Shown here: positions 39,706-52,077 of the stretch, one piece after another
How positions within the stretch are numbered: position 1 is the stretch's first letter
Layout of the letters: every line of letters starts with the position of its first letter
DNA from: Gemmatimonadota bacterium
GTDB lineage: Bacteria > Gemmatimonadota > Gemmatimonadetes > Gemmatimonadales > GWC2-71-9
Direction: 5' to 3'
Assembly: GCA_016874005.1 (NCBI GenBank)
Contig: VGVQ01000003.1
Coordinates: 35,019-99,018, forward strand
Length of the DNA: 64,000 bases
Position numbers and translations under genes: made by a program
Notes under the pieces: generated by a model
Database searches by the model: none
The model's input: the letters and a program-made list of their open reading frames with translations, nothing else
Told to the model about the DNA's origin: nothing

Positions 39706-40712
39706 GCCGGCTCAAGGTCGGGGTGATCGGGGCGGGCGCCTGGGGACGCAATCACGTCCGGACCCTGGCCACGATGGCCTCGGTGGAACTGGCCGGCGTG
39801 GCCGACGCCGATGCCAAGGTTCGGGAACGAACGGCCAAGACCCATCCTGGGGTGTTCGTCACCGGGTCGGTCGAGGAGGTGTTGGCGCGGGTCGATGCGG
39901 TGGTCGTCGCGTCGACGGCGAAGAGTCACGCCCAGTTGGGCCTGCAAGCGCTCGGGGCAGGCAAACCGGTGTTGATCGAGAAGCCGTTCGCGCTGACGGT
40001 GGCCGATGCCCGGGCGGTCGCGGAGGCGAGCAGGCGGCTCCAGGTGCCGGCGCTGGTCGGCCACCTGCTGGAATTTCACCCGGTGGTGGACCACTTGCGG
40101 GGCATGATCCAGTCGGGGGCGTTAGGTGATCTCTACTACCTGGCGTCGCAACGGGTCAATCTTGGCCAGGTTCGGCCGGACGAGAACGCGCTCTGGAGTT
40201 TTGGGCCCCACGATATTTCGGTCGCGCTGTATCTGTTGGGCGAAGCACCGGTGTCGGTGACGGCGCATGGCTACGCCTATTTGCAACCCGGGATCGAGGA
40301 CGTGGTGTTTCTGGGGATGCGGTTTCGGTCGGGGGTCGTGGCCCACGCCCATCTTTCGTGGCTCGATCCCCACAAAGAGCGGCGGTTGACGGTGGTGGGC
40401 TCGAAGCAAATGGCGGTGTTCGACGACATGGCGCCTCGGGAGAAGCTCCGGATCTACGACAAGGGGATCAGTCGGCCACCGGAATACGGGTCGTATGGCG
40501 AAAGCCTCGCGATTCGGGAAGGCGACATCTGGATCCCCAAGGTGTCGAACGCGGAACCGCTGGGACTCGAATTGGCGCATTTCGTGGCGGTGGCCCGTGG
40601 GGCGACGCCAACTCGAGCCGACGCGGACGATGGGGTACGGGTTGTTCAAGTCTTGGATGCGGCCAGTCGTTCGCTCCGAAGCGGCGGCGCGCCGGTACTC
40701 GTGGAGGAGTGA
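39702..40712 (+). CDS. Gfo/Idh/MocA-family oxidoreductase, WbpB-like
   Basis: 336 aa. LKVGVIGAGAWGRNH Rossmann N-terminus and EKPFALT. ATGA overlap with the aminotransferase stop. Confidence 0.78.
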   Translation: MSRLKVGVIGAGAWGRNHVRTLATMASVELAGVADADAKVRERTAKTHPGVFVTGSVEEVLARVDAVVVASTAKSHAQLGLQALGAGKPVLIEKPFALTVADARAVAEASRRLQVPALVGHLLEFHPVVDHLRGMIQSGALGDLYYLASQRVNLGQVRPDENALWSFGPHDISVALYLLGEAPVSVTAHGYAYLQPGIEDVVFLGMRFRSGVVAHAHLSWLDPHKERRLTVVGSKQMAVFDDMAPREKLRIYDKGISRPPEYGSYGESLAIREGDIWIPKVSNAEPLGLELAHFVAVARGATPTRADADDGVRVVQVLDAASRSLRSGGAPVLVEE

Positions 40713-40714
40713 GC

Positions 40715-42004
40715 ATGTCGTTGGCGGATACCCTGATTGAAAAGGCCGAGCGGCGGGAGATTCTGTTCGGCATCGTGGGGCTCGGTTACGTGGGGCTGCC
40801 GCTGGCCGTCGAACTGGGCCATGCCGGCTACAAGGTCCTCGGGTTCGACGTGAGCCAACGGGTGGTCGATGGCCTGAATGCCGGGGTGTCCCACGTCAAG
40901 GACATTACCGACGCCCAGCTCAAGGCGGTACGCGATTTCGGTCGCTTCGAGGCCACCGCGGACGGGAGCCGGTTGGCGGCATGCGACGCGATCTCGATCT
41001 GCGTGCCGACCCCGTTGTCGAAGTTCAAAGATCCCGACGTGAGCTATATCGTGGCGGCCACCGAGACGGTCAAGAAGGTGCTCCGACCGGGTCAGGCGAT
41101 CATTCTCGAAAGCACCACCTACCCGGGAACCACCCGCGAGATCATGTTGCCGGCCCTCGAGGCCACCGGCCTCAAGGTGGGCAAGGACTTCTTCCTCGCC
41201 TTCAGCCCCGAGCGGGTCGATCCCGGCAACCCGATCTACCTGACCAAGAACACCCCGAAGGTCGTCGGGGGTATCACCGAGGCCTGCCGCCGGGTGGTGA
41301 TGGCGCTCTATCAACCGGCGATCGACACCCTGGTCCCGGTGTCGACCACGGAGTCGGCCGAGCTGGTCAAGCTGCTGGAGAATACCTTCCGCAGCGTCAA
41401 CATCGGCTTGGTCAACGAGATGGCCATCGTCTGCGACAAGCTCGGTGTCGATGTCTGGGAAGTCATCGAGGCGGCCGCGACCAAACCGTTCGGGTTCATG
41501 AAATTCCTGCCCGGGCCCGGCCTTGGCGGGCACTGCATCCCGATCGACCCCCACTACCTCGCCTGGAAGATGCGGGGACTCAACTACAAGACCCGTTTCA
41601 TCGATCTGGCCGGCGAGCTGAACACCGAGATGCCGGTGTTCTGGGTCCGGAAAGTCTCCGAGGCGCTCAATGACGCCGGCAGGGCCACTCGGGGCGCCTC
41701 GGTCTTGATCGTGGGAGTGGCGTACAAGCGCGACATCGAGGACATCCGCGAGAGTCCGGCGCTCGACATCATCAGGCTCCTCGAGGGGGCCGGCGCCAAG
41801 GTCGCTTACCACGACCCGTACGTGCCGGAATTCGCCGAAGAGGGTCACAAAGCCCAGTCGATTCCGCTCACCAAGGAGACGGTCGGGGCCGCCGATTGTG
41901 TCGTGATCGTCACGGATCATACCAGCATCGACTACGGCCTCATCCGGCGCCACGCCAAAGTCGTGGTCGATACCCGCAACGCCCTCAACCGAGCGGCCAA
42001 GTAG
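40715..42004 (+). CDS. UDP-N-acetyl-D-glucosamine (or ManNAc) 6-dehydrogenase, WbpA-like
   Basis: Track ORF 40358..42004 trimmed to the ATG at 40715, giving 429 aa. GIVGLGYVGLPLAVE and GPGLGGHCIPIDP (catalytic Cys). Confidence 0.8.
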   Translation: MSLADTLIEKAERREILFGIVGLGYVGLPLAVELGHAGYKVLGFDVSQRVVDGLNAGVSHVKDITDAQLKAVRDFGRFEATADGSRLAACDAISICVPTPLSKFKDPDVSYIVAATETVKKVLRPGQAIILESTTYPGTTREIMLPALEATGLKVGKDFFLAFSPERVDPGNPIYLTKNTPKVVGGITEACRRVVMALYQPAIDTLVPVSTTESAELVKLLENTFRSVNIGLVNEMAIVCDKLGVDVWEVIEAAATKPFGFMKFLPGPGLGGHCIPIDPHYLAWKMRGLNYKTRFIDLAGELNTEMPVFWVRKVSEALNDAGRATRGASVLIVGVAYKRDIEDIRESPALDIIRLLEGAGAKVAYHDPYVPEFAEEGHKAQSIPLTKETVGAADCVVIVTDHTSIDYGLIRRHAKVVVDTRNALNRAAK

Positions 42005-43309
42005 ATGCGAGTCACCGTGGTGGGGTCCGGGTACGTCGGCTTGGTGGCTGGGGCGTGTCTCGCGGAGACCGGCAACGACGTCGTTTGCGCCGACGTCGAC
42101 GCGAAGAAGATCGACCGACTGCGGCAGAACGACATCCCCATCTACGAGCCGGGGCTCGAGCCGATGGTGCGCCGCAACCAGGCCGAAGGGCGGCTCCGGT
42201 TCACCACCGACGTCGGGGCGGCAGTCGAGCACGGCAAGATCGTGTTCATCGCCGTGGGCACGCCACCAGGAGAAGACGGTTCCGCCGACCTGCAGTACGT
42301 GCTGGGCGTTGCGAGAACCATTGGCCGGCACCTGAACGAGCCCAAAGTGGTGGTGACCAAATCCACCGTCCCGGTCGGCACCGCGGAGAAGGTCCGCGAA
42401 GCGATCCGGAGCCAGACGACGGCGAGGTTCTTCGTGGCCTCGAACCCCGAATTCCTCAAGGAGGGGGCCGCGATCGATGATTTCATCAAGCCCGATCGCG
42501 TCGTGCTCGGTGTCGATGCCGACGAAGCCAAAGAAGCCCTCGGCGAGTTGTACACCCCCTTCGTCCGGACCGGCAATCCGATCCTGTTCATGGACATCCC
42601 GTCGGCCGAGGTCACCAAGTACGCCGCCAACGCGATGCTGGCCACTCGGATCTCGTTCATGAATCAGATCGCCGATCTCTGCGAACGAGTCGGCGCCGAC
42701 GTCGGCATGGTCCGCCAAGGGGTCGGGAGCGACGGCCGGATCGGCCCCGCGTTTCTGTTCCCGGGGCCGGGGTACGGTGGTTCTTGCTTTCCGAAGGACG
42801 TCAAGGTGCTGATCCGGACCGCTCGCAGCTTGGGCATGGTCCCCGAGTTGTGGGATGCCGTGGAAGCCGTCAACGAGCGTCAGAAACTGGTGATGCTCGA
42901 GAAGCTCACGCGGGCGTTAGGCAGCCTCGGCGGCAAGCGGATCGCGGTGTGGGGTCTCGCCTTCAAGGCGGAAACCGACGACATGCGCGAGAGCCCCTCG
43001 ATTCCGCTCATCAGGGGCGTCGTCGCCGCCGGGGGCGAGGTGATCGCCCACGATCCCAAGGCCATGGCAACGGCTCGCGAGGTCTTCGGGGATTCGATCC
43101 GCTTCGCCAAGGATCCCTATGAGGCCGCGAGCGGCGCCGACGCCCTCGCGATCGTCACCGAGTGGCTGATGTATCGGAATCCCGATCTCGATCGGATCAA
43201 GGGCCTCCTCCGCCAGCCGGTCATCGTGGACGGCCGCAACCTGTTCAATCCGGCCAAGATGGCCAGGCAGGGGTTCCGCTACCTGGGCATCGGTCGGGGG
43301 GTGACGTGA
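42005..43309 (+). CDS. ugd: UDP-glucose 6-dehydrogenase
   Basis: 434 aa. [21 protein letters not shown] and [13 protein letters not shown] (catalytic Cys). Confidence 0.9.
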   Translation: MRVTVVGSGYVGLVAGACLAETGNDVVCADVDAKKIDRLRQNDIPIYEPGLEPMVRRNQAEGRLRFTTDVGAAVEHGKIVFIAVGTPPGEDGSADLQYVLGVARTIGRHLNEPKVVVTKSTVPVGTAEKVREAIRSQTTARFFVASNPEFLKEGAAIDDFIKPDRVVLGVDADEAKEALGELYTPFVRTGNPILFMDIPSAEVTKYAANAMLATRISFMNQIADLCERVGADVGMVRQGVGSDGRIGPAFLFPGPGYGGSCFPKDVKVLIRTARSLGMVPELWDAVEAVNERQKLVMLEKLTRALGSLGGKRIAVWGLAFKAETDDMRESPSIPLIRGVVAAGGEVIAHDPKAMATAREVFGDSIRFAKDPYEAASGADALAIVTEWLMYRNPDLDRIKGLLRQPVIVDGRNLFNPAKMARQGFRYLGIGRGVT

Positions 43310-44241
43310 GGATCCTGATCACCGGGGCGGCCGGCTTTCTCGGGTCGCACCTGACCGACCGATTCCTCGCCGAAGGGCACCAGGTCGTCGGGATGGACAA
43401 CTTCCTCACCGGCGCCCGCGCCAACATCGCCCACTTGGCCGGCAACCCCAGGTTCGAATTCATCGAGCACGACGTCTCGAAGTACATCCAGGTCGAGGGC
43501 TCGGTCGAGGGGGTCCTCCATTTCGCCTCGCCGGCGAGCCCGATCGACTACCTCCAACATCCGATCCCGACCCTCAAGGTCGGCTCCCTCGGAACCCACA
43601 ACACCCTGGGGCTGGCCAAGGCCAAGGGGGCCCGGTACCTCCTCGCGTCCACCTCCGAGGTCTACGGCGATCCCCAGGTCCACCCCCAGCCGGAGAGCTA
43701 CTGGGGGCACGTCAACCCGGTCGGCCCCCGTGGCGTGTATGACGAGGCCAAGCGCTTCGCCGAAGCCATGACGATGGCCTACCACCGCTACCACGGGGTC
43801 CAAACGCGGATCGTCCGGATCTTCAACACCTACGGGCCGCGGATGCGGGCCCACGACGGCCGGGTGGTGTCGAACCTCGTGGTGCAGGGACTCCAGGGGC
43901 AGCCGCTGACCATCTACGGGGACGGAAGCCAGACTCGGTCGTTCTGCTACGTATCCGATCTGGTCGACGGCATCTTCCGGCTGTTCTTCAGCGACCGGGT
44001 CGAGCCGACCAATATCGGCAATCCAAATGAGTTCACGGTGCTCGAGCTGGCCCAACTCGTCCGTGAGATGCTGGGGGTGACCGCGCCGATCAAACACCAG
44101 CCCCTGCCAGTGGACGATCCCAAGGTCCGGCGACCGGACATCACGATCGCTCGGACGGTGCTCGGCTGGGAGCCGGCAATCGACCTGCGACAAGGGCTGG
44201 AGCGGACGATCGGCTACTTCAGGACCGTCCTGGGACGATGA
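43306..44241 (+). CDS. uxs: UDP-glucuronate decarboxylase (UDP-xylose synthase)
   Basis: Track ORF 43162..44241 trimmed to the GTG at 43306 (GTGA overlap with the ugd stop). [29 protein letters not shown] and [10 protein letters not shown] are UXS hallmarks. Confidence 0.88.
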   Translation: MRILITGAAGFLGSHLTDRFLAEGHQVVGMDNFLTGARANIAHLAGNPRFEFIEHDVSKYIQVEGSVEGVLHFASPASPIDYLQHPIPTLKVGSLGTHNTLGLAKAKGARYLLASTSEVYGDPQVHPQPESYWGHVNPVGPRGVYDEAKRFAEAMTMAYHRYHGVQTRIVRIFNTYGPRMRAHDGRVVSNLVVQGLQGQPLTIYGDGSQTRSFCYVSDLVDGIFRLFFSDRVEPTNIGNPNEFTVLELAQLVREMLGVTAPIKHQPLPVDDPKVRRPDITIARTVLGWEPAIDLRQGLERTIGYFRTVLGR

Positions 44242-45206
44242 CTCGGATCGTCCTGACGGGTGCCGCGGGCTTCATCGGGTCGCACCTGGCCGAAGCGCTC
44301 GTGGCCCGCGGTGACGAGGTCATCGGAATCGACAACTTCGACCCGTTCTACCCCAGGGCCGCCAAGGAACGGAACTTGACTGGCCTCTTGGCGGGTCCCC
44401 GGTTCCGGCTGCTCGAGCACGACGTCCGCTCTGTCGACCAGTGGGCTGGCGTGCTGACCGCTGACAGCGTGGTGGTGCACCTGGCCGCCAAGGCCGGAGT
44501 CAGGCCCTCCATCGAGGACCCGCAGGGGTACGCCGAGGCCAACGTCACGGCCACCGCATCGGTGATCGAGGCCATGCGGCGGGCCGGGGCGACCCGACTG
44601 GTCTTCGGCTCGTCGTCGTCGGTGTACGGGAACTCCACCCCAACGCCCTTCCGGGAGGACGCTCCGGCACTGGACCCCATTTCTCCCTACGCCGCCACCA
44701 AACGGGCGGCCGAGTTGCTCCTGGTCTCCCTGGCCCCCCTGGCGGGTCTCAAAGTGGCGGCATTGCGCTATTTTACTGTGTTCGGGCCGCGCCAGCGCCC
44801 CGACCTGGCAATCCACCTGTTTGCCCGGCGGATGCTGGCGGGGGAACGCCTCTCGCTCTACGGCGATGGGTCGCAGGCCCGCGACTACACGTTCTGTTCG
44901 GACATCGTGGCCGGTACGGTGGCGGCGGTGGACTGGACGGCGCATGCACCCGTGGGGGTAGAGTGCTTCAACCTAGGCGGCAACCGGCCGGTCCTGCTCA
45001 GGGACATGGTCGCCACATTGAGCCGGGCCCTGGCGATCGAGCCGACCATCGAGTGGCTCCCGATGCAGCCTGGCGACGTGGAAACCACCTACGCCGATCT
45101 GACCAAGTCCGCTGCCGTGCTCGGCTATCACCCGCGCACCAGCTTCGACGACGGCATCGCCCGCTTTGCCGAGTGGTGTGGGTCCGTCTATGAACGTCAG
45201 CACTGA
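44238..45206 (+). CDS. NAD-dependent sugar-nucleotide epimerase (UDP-glucuronate 4-epimerase-like)
   Basis: 322 aa. [22 protein letters not shown] and YAATKRAAE (YxxxK). ATGA overlap with the uxs stop. The substrate assignment is inference. Confidence 0.72.
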   Translation: MTRIVLTGAAGFIGSHLAEALVARGDEVIGIDNFDPFYPRAAKERNLTGLLAGPRFRLLEHDVRSVDQWAGVLTADSVVVHLAAKAGVRPSIEDPQGYAEANVTATASVIEAMRRAGATRLVFGSSSSVYGNSTPTPFREDAPALDPISPYAATKRAAELLLVSLAPLAGLKVAALRYFTVFGPRQRPDLAIHLFARRMLAGERLSLYGDGSQARDYTFCSDIVAGTVAAVDWTAHAPVGVECFNLGGNRPVLLRDMVATLSRALAIEPTIEWLPMQPGDVETTYADLTKSAAVLGYHPRTSFDDGIARFAEWCGSVYERQH

Positions 45207-45900
45207 GCACCTGCTCCAGCAGGCCCACGAGCGGTTCGCGGTCCAAGACTACTACGGCACGATCCACCTGGTCGACGAAATCATCGAGTCGGGCCGACGG
45301 TTCGCCGACGTCTACCACCTTCGCGGTCTGGCGCTCTCCCTGCTCGGTCAGCCGGACCGGGCGCTCGAGGATTTCGACCGCGCCCTGGGCGTCAACTCCC
45401 GGTACATCGACGCCCTGGTCCATCGCGGGGTGATCCTGGTCGAGTTGGGTCGAACCGCGGAAGCGGACGCCTCGTTCCAGCGCGCCGCCGCGTTGGGTCA
45501 GGTCGGTGCCAACGGCTTCTCCCGGCCGGTGTCGGGCCGCTTGGCCAACCTTCATGCCACCCTCGGTGACGCCTACGCCGAGGTCGGCGCGGCGGACGAC
45601 GCGATCCGCGAGTACCAGCGGGCCGTCCATCTCGGGCCGGATTTTCACGATCTCCGCTACCGCCTGGCCAGGCTCTTGATCGAGTCGGGCCGACCCCTCG
45701 AGACGCGGGAGGAACTGGAGCGGATCGTGGCCGTGCAGCCGGCCTTCCTCGACGCCCAAGCGGCCCTGGGGCTCGCCCACTACCTCTCGGGTGATGCCAC
45801 CGGTGCCCAAGAGATCTGGTCGCGATGCCTCAAGCAGCGCCCGGGCCACGCCCGGGTGGGGGCCTATCTGGCCATGGCCCAGCGTTTGTCGCTCGGATGA
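45190..45900 (+). CDS. tetratricopeptide-repeat protein
   Basis: Track ORF 45166..45900 trimmed to the ATG at 45190. Repeated A..Y..A..L.P TPR-like helices (DRALEDFDRALGVNSRYIDAL, DDAIREYQRAVHLGPDF). Confidence 0.6.
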   Translation: MNVSTEHLLQQAHERFAVQDYYGTIHLVDEIIESGRRFADVYHLRGLALSLLGQPDRALEDFDRALGVNSRYIDALVHRGVILVELGRTAEADASFQRAAALGQVGANGFSRPVSGRLANLHATLGDAYAEVGAADDAIREYQRAVHLGPDFHDLRYRLARLLIESGRPLETREELERIVAVQPAFLDAQAALGLAHYLSGDATGAQEIWSRCLKQRPGHARVGAYLAMAQRLSLG

Positions 45901-46814
45901 GGGCCCGCTGGTTCGCGCTCTGGGTGCTGGCCGGAGGCCTCGCCGGATGCCCGGCCCCTGCCACTGACCACGAGCGGCTCGCCGACGAGCAGCTTGCCGC
46001 CGGCAACTACACCAGGGCCCTGGCCGAATACCAGGCCGCTCAGCGAAGCGGCGCCCGAACCCGGGTCTGGGCCAAGGCGGCCGCGGCTGCCGTCAAGGCC
46101 CAGGACTTCGACGCCGCGATCGACGCCCTCTCCGAGCTGGCCCGTGAGGATCCCACTCGGGTCACCGAAGCCGCGGTCGGGCTCGAGGCGATTGCCCGTC
46201 TGGCCGATCGCGGAGGTCAGGGTGGGACAGCGGTCGTTGCCAAGGCGGTCCTCGCGGTTCGGGCCATCGCCCCCGGCCGGCCCCTCGGTCGGTTGCCGTT
46301 GCCGTCGGTCTCGGCCGTGGTAGACCCGACCGAGGCGATTGGGCTCATCCCGACCGCCATTGCGACGGCGGGGTCACCCCGGACGGTGGATTCGCTGTTG
46401 TTGCGCTATGCCCAGGCTCAGCGCGAGACGGTCGCCTGCGATGCGGCGGCCGGGAGTTTCAAGTCCCTGCTCCGGCGGACCAACCAGCCGCGGATGACGG
46501 CGGCCGCGCGTGAGGGGCTGGCGGGCTGTGCACTGTTGCTGGGGCAGGACGCGCTGGCGGGTGGAAATGCCCCGGCGGCGGAGCGTTGGTTCGAGGAAGT
46601 GGTGGCCCTCGATGGTGAGTCGGCGCGAGGGTGGACGGCGAACATCGGTCTCGGTGACGCCCGGCTTCTCAAGGGCGATGCCCTCGGGGCGGCGGTCGCC
46701 TATCAGGCGGTTGTTTCGGGCGCGACCGTGCCAGACAGCCTGAGGCAGGCGGCTATCGTCAAACTCAATGGACTCGGGGCGGCGACGACGCAGCCGCCGG
46801 CAGGAGATACATGA
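45897..46814 (+). CDS. lipoprotein with TPR-like helical repeats, function unknown
   Basis: Track ORF 45825..46814 trimmed to the ATG at 45897 (ATGA overlap). MRARWFALWVLAGGLAGC lipobox. AAGNYTRALAEYQAA is TPR-like. Confidence 0.5.
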   Translation: MRARWFALWVLAGGLAGCPAPATDHERLADEQLAAGNYTRALAEYQAAQRSGARTRVWAKAAAAAVKAQDFDAAIDALSELAREDPTRVTEAAVGLEAIARLADRGGQGGTAVVAKAVLAVRAIAPGRPLGRLPLPSVSAVVDPTEAIGLIPTAIATAGSPRTVDSLLLRYAQAQRETVACDAAAGSFKSLLRRTNQPRMTAAAREGLAGCALLLGQDALAGGNAPAAERWFEEVVALDGESARGWTANIGLGDARLLKGDALGAAVAYQAVVSGATVPDSLRQAAIVKLNGLGAATTQPPAGDT

Positions 46815-47599
46815 GCACGTCGCGGGTGGCCTTGGCGCTGCTGATCTTGGCGCCGCTCGGTGGATGCTGGCCGTTCAAGGGGAAGCCGAAACCGGTCGTC
46901 GCGCCGGCCCTGGAGAACTCCCCCCGGACCATCGACTCGCTGTGGCAGGCCGGTCAGGGCGCCTTCAATCGAGGGCGTTGGGGAGAGGCCAATCGGATCT
47001 TCACCCGACTGTCGACCGCGATGCCGGTGACCGATCCTCGGTTGACCCGGATGCACTTCTATCGAGGCGAGATCGAGCTGGCCCTCGGTAACGAACTCGA
47101 CGCCGTTCGGCTGTTTCGCCGCGTCTCGGACGAGACGCCGGACGACTCGCTGGCGGCCGACGCCCTCCAGCGGGCCGGCGAGGCCTATTCCTATCTCTGG
47201 CGCCGGCCCGAGCTCGATCCGACCTACGGCCAGACCGCCCTCGGGGTGTTCCAGGAGGTCCAGGCCCGGTATCCGGGCACCGCTGCCGCCAGCCGGGCGG
47301 CGGCGCGGATCGAGGACCTGAACAACCGGTTTGCCTTCAAGCAGTATCGCAACGCGCTGTTCTATTACAAGTTCAAGGCCTACGACTCGGCCATCCTGTC
47401 GCTGAGAGCCCTGGTCGCCGAGTACCCCAGGGCGGAAATCGTCCCTACGGCCCTCGAGACGTTGGTCCAGTCGTACCAGGCCCTCGGCTACGAGGAAGAC
47501 ATCAAGGAAACCTGCGGCTACATCGCCCGGTTCTTTCCCGCTCCCACGGGCCCGAAGCGGCTCTGTCCACCGGCCGCTGACTCGGCCAGTGCGTCGTAG
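46811..47599 (+). CDS. bamD: outer membrane protein assembly factor BamD (YfiO family lipoprotein)
   Basis: 262 aa. LILAPLGGC lipobox. TPR-like repeats with the typical YRNALFYYKFKAYDSAI..L...YP block. ATGA overlap with the preceding gene. Confidence 0.75.
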   Translation: MSTSRVALALLILAPLGGCWPFKGKPKPVVAPALENSPRTIDSLWQAGQGAFNRGRWGEANRIFTRLSTAMPVTDPRLTRMHFYRGEIELALGNELDAVRLFRRVSDETPDDSLAADALQRAGEAYSYLWRRPELDPTYGQTALGVFQEVQARYPGTAAASRAAARIEDLNNRFAFKQYRNALFYYKFKAYDSAILSLRALVAEYPRAEIVPTALETLVQSYQALGYEEDIKETCGYIARFFPAPTGPKRLCPPAADSASAS

Positions 47600-48166
47600 G
47601 TGCGGGTTGCGCTGCTGGGCGGGTCGTTCGATCCGATCCATCATGGTCACTTGATCGTCGCGATGGCCCTGCGGGAAGCGCTGGGCCTCGATCAGATTCG
47701 GCTGGTGCCCGCCGGCGAACAGCCCTTCAAAACGGGCCACCATCGGGCCACGGCCGCCCAACGGGCCGACATGGTTCGGCTGGCGGTTGCTGGCGAACCC
47801 GGATTGACGATCGAGCGTGCCGAGGTGGATCGTCCCGGCCCCTCCTACACGGTCGAGACGCTGCGGGTTCTCGCGGCGGCCGAGCCGGGAGTCGGCTGGT
47901 CGATCCTGTTGGGTGCCGATGCCGCGCGCCTGTTTCCGACTTGGCGCGACCCCGCCGGCATCAAGGCGCTGGCCGAGGTGGTAGTTTTCGCCCGCGACGG
48001 CGAGGCTCCTCCGGAGGGGGTTGCCGACCGAGTGGTGGCGGTGCCGAGGGTAGACGTTTCCTCGACCGAGATCCGGGCGCGAGTGCGCGCGGGCCGGTCC
48101 ATTCGATTTCTCGTGCCGGATGCGGTGGCGGGCTACATCGCAACGCACGGCCTGTATCGGGATTGA
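47600..48166 (+). CDS. nadD: nicotinate-nucleotide adenylyltransferase
   Basis: 188 aa with a GTG start. GGSFDPIHHGHL (H/TxGH) and VDVSSTEIR (ISSTxxR) motifs. Confidence 0.9.
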   Translation: MRVALLGGSFDPIHHGHLIVAMALREALGLDQIRLVPAGEQPFKTGHHRATAAQRADMVRLAVAGEPGLTIERAEVDRPGPSYTVETLRVLAAAEPGVGWSILLGADAARLFPTWRDPAGIKALAEVVVFARDGEAPPEGVADRVVAVPRVDVSSTEIRARVRAGRSIRFLVPDAVAGYIATHGLYRD

Positions 48167-48169
48167 GCG

Positions 48170-51316
<3,147 letters not shown>

Positions 51317-51396
51317 CCCTTGATTCGCGGCGGTTCGATGTCGAGCTGCGGCGGTTTGGTACCAATCCAGGAGGGCCAGGGGGCTAATTTGCTGGA

Positions 51397-52077
51397 ATGC
51401 CAGCCCTGGCCCCGGTGGCCACCTCCGACCCCCCGCGGGAGCGCCTGAGCCAACATGGCCCCGCCGCATTGACTGCGGTGGAACTCATTGCCATTCTGTT
51501 GGGTACCGGGCGTCCGGGGCAACCGGTGCTCCATGTGGCACAGGCCCTCCACGCAGCCTGTGGTGGGTCGCTCCGGCGGCTGGCCCGTCAAACGCCGGGG
51601 AGCTTGTCGCAGCAGCTCGGCGTCGGTGGCGCGAAGGCGGCCCGGCTGGTGGCGGCGCTCGAGTTGGGCCGGCGGATGATGCGAGAGGCTCGGCCTCCAC
51701 GCCGGCGGATCCACCGGCCCGAGGACGTGGTCCAATGGGTCGGGCCGCGGCTCGACGACCTGGAGGTCGAGGAGTTCCATATCCTGATGGTTTCGGTCCA
51801 GCGCGATGTCCTTCGGGATGTCCTCGTCAGCCGAGGCACCCTCGATCGCTCTCTGGTGCACCCCAGGGACGTCTTCCGGCCGGCCATCGCCGAGGGAGCG
51901 GCCGCTCTCTTCCTGGTCCATAACCACCCGAGTGGCGACCCGACCCCCTCGCCCGATGACCAGGCGGTAACCGAGCAGCTCGTCGGGGCGGGGCAACTGG
52001 TCGGCATTCCGGTGCTGGACCATATCGTCGTCGCGGGGGGTCGCTGGGTGAGTTTCGCCGCGACAGGCTTGCTATGA
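51397..52077 (+). CDS. radC: RadC-family JAB-domain protein
   Basis: 226 aa. ELIAILLGTG HhH region and the JAMM-like HNHPSGDPTPSPDD. Confidence 0.85.
   Translation: MPALAPVATSDPPRERLSQHGPAALTAVELIAILLGTGRPGQPVLHVAQALHAACGGSLRRLARQTPGSLSQQLGVGGAKAARLVAALELGRRMMREARPPRRRIHRPEDVVQWVGPRLDDLEVEEFHILMVSVQRDVLRDVLVSRGTLDRSLVHPRDVFRPAIAEGAAALFLVHNHPSGDPTPSPDDQAVTEQLVGAGQLVGIPVLDHIVVAGGRWVSFAATGLL

Noticed and set aside
40646-42718. 690-aa minus-strand ORF antisense to the WbpA-like gene and ugd
   Set aside because: Same reasoning: low-complexity Asp/Gly/Arg/Leu composition opposite two clearly homologous dehydrogenase genes.
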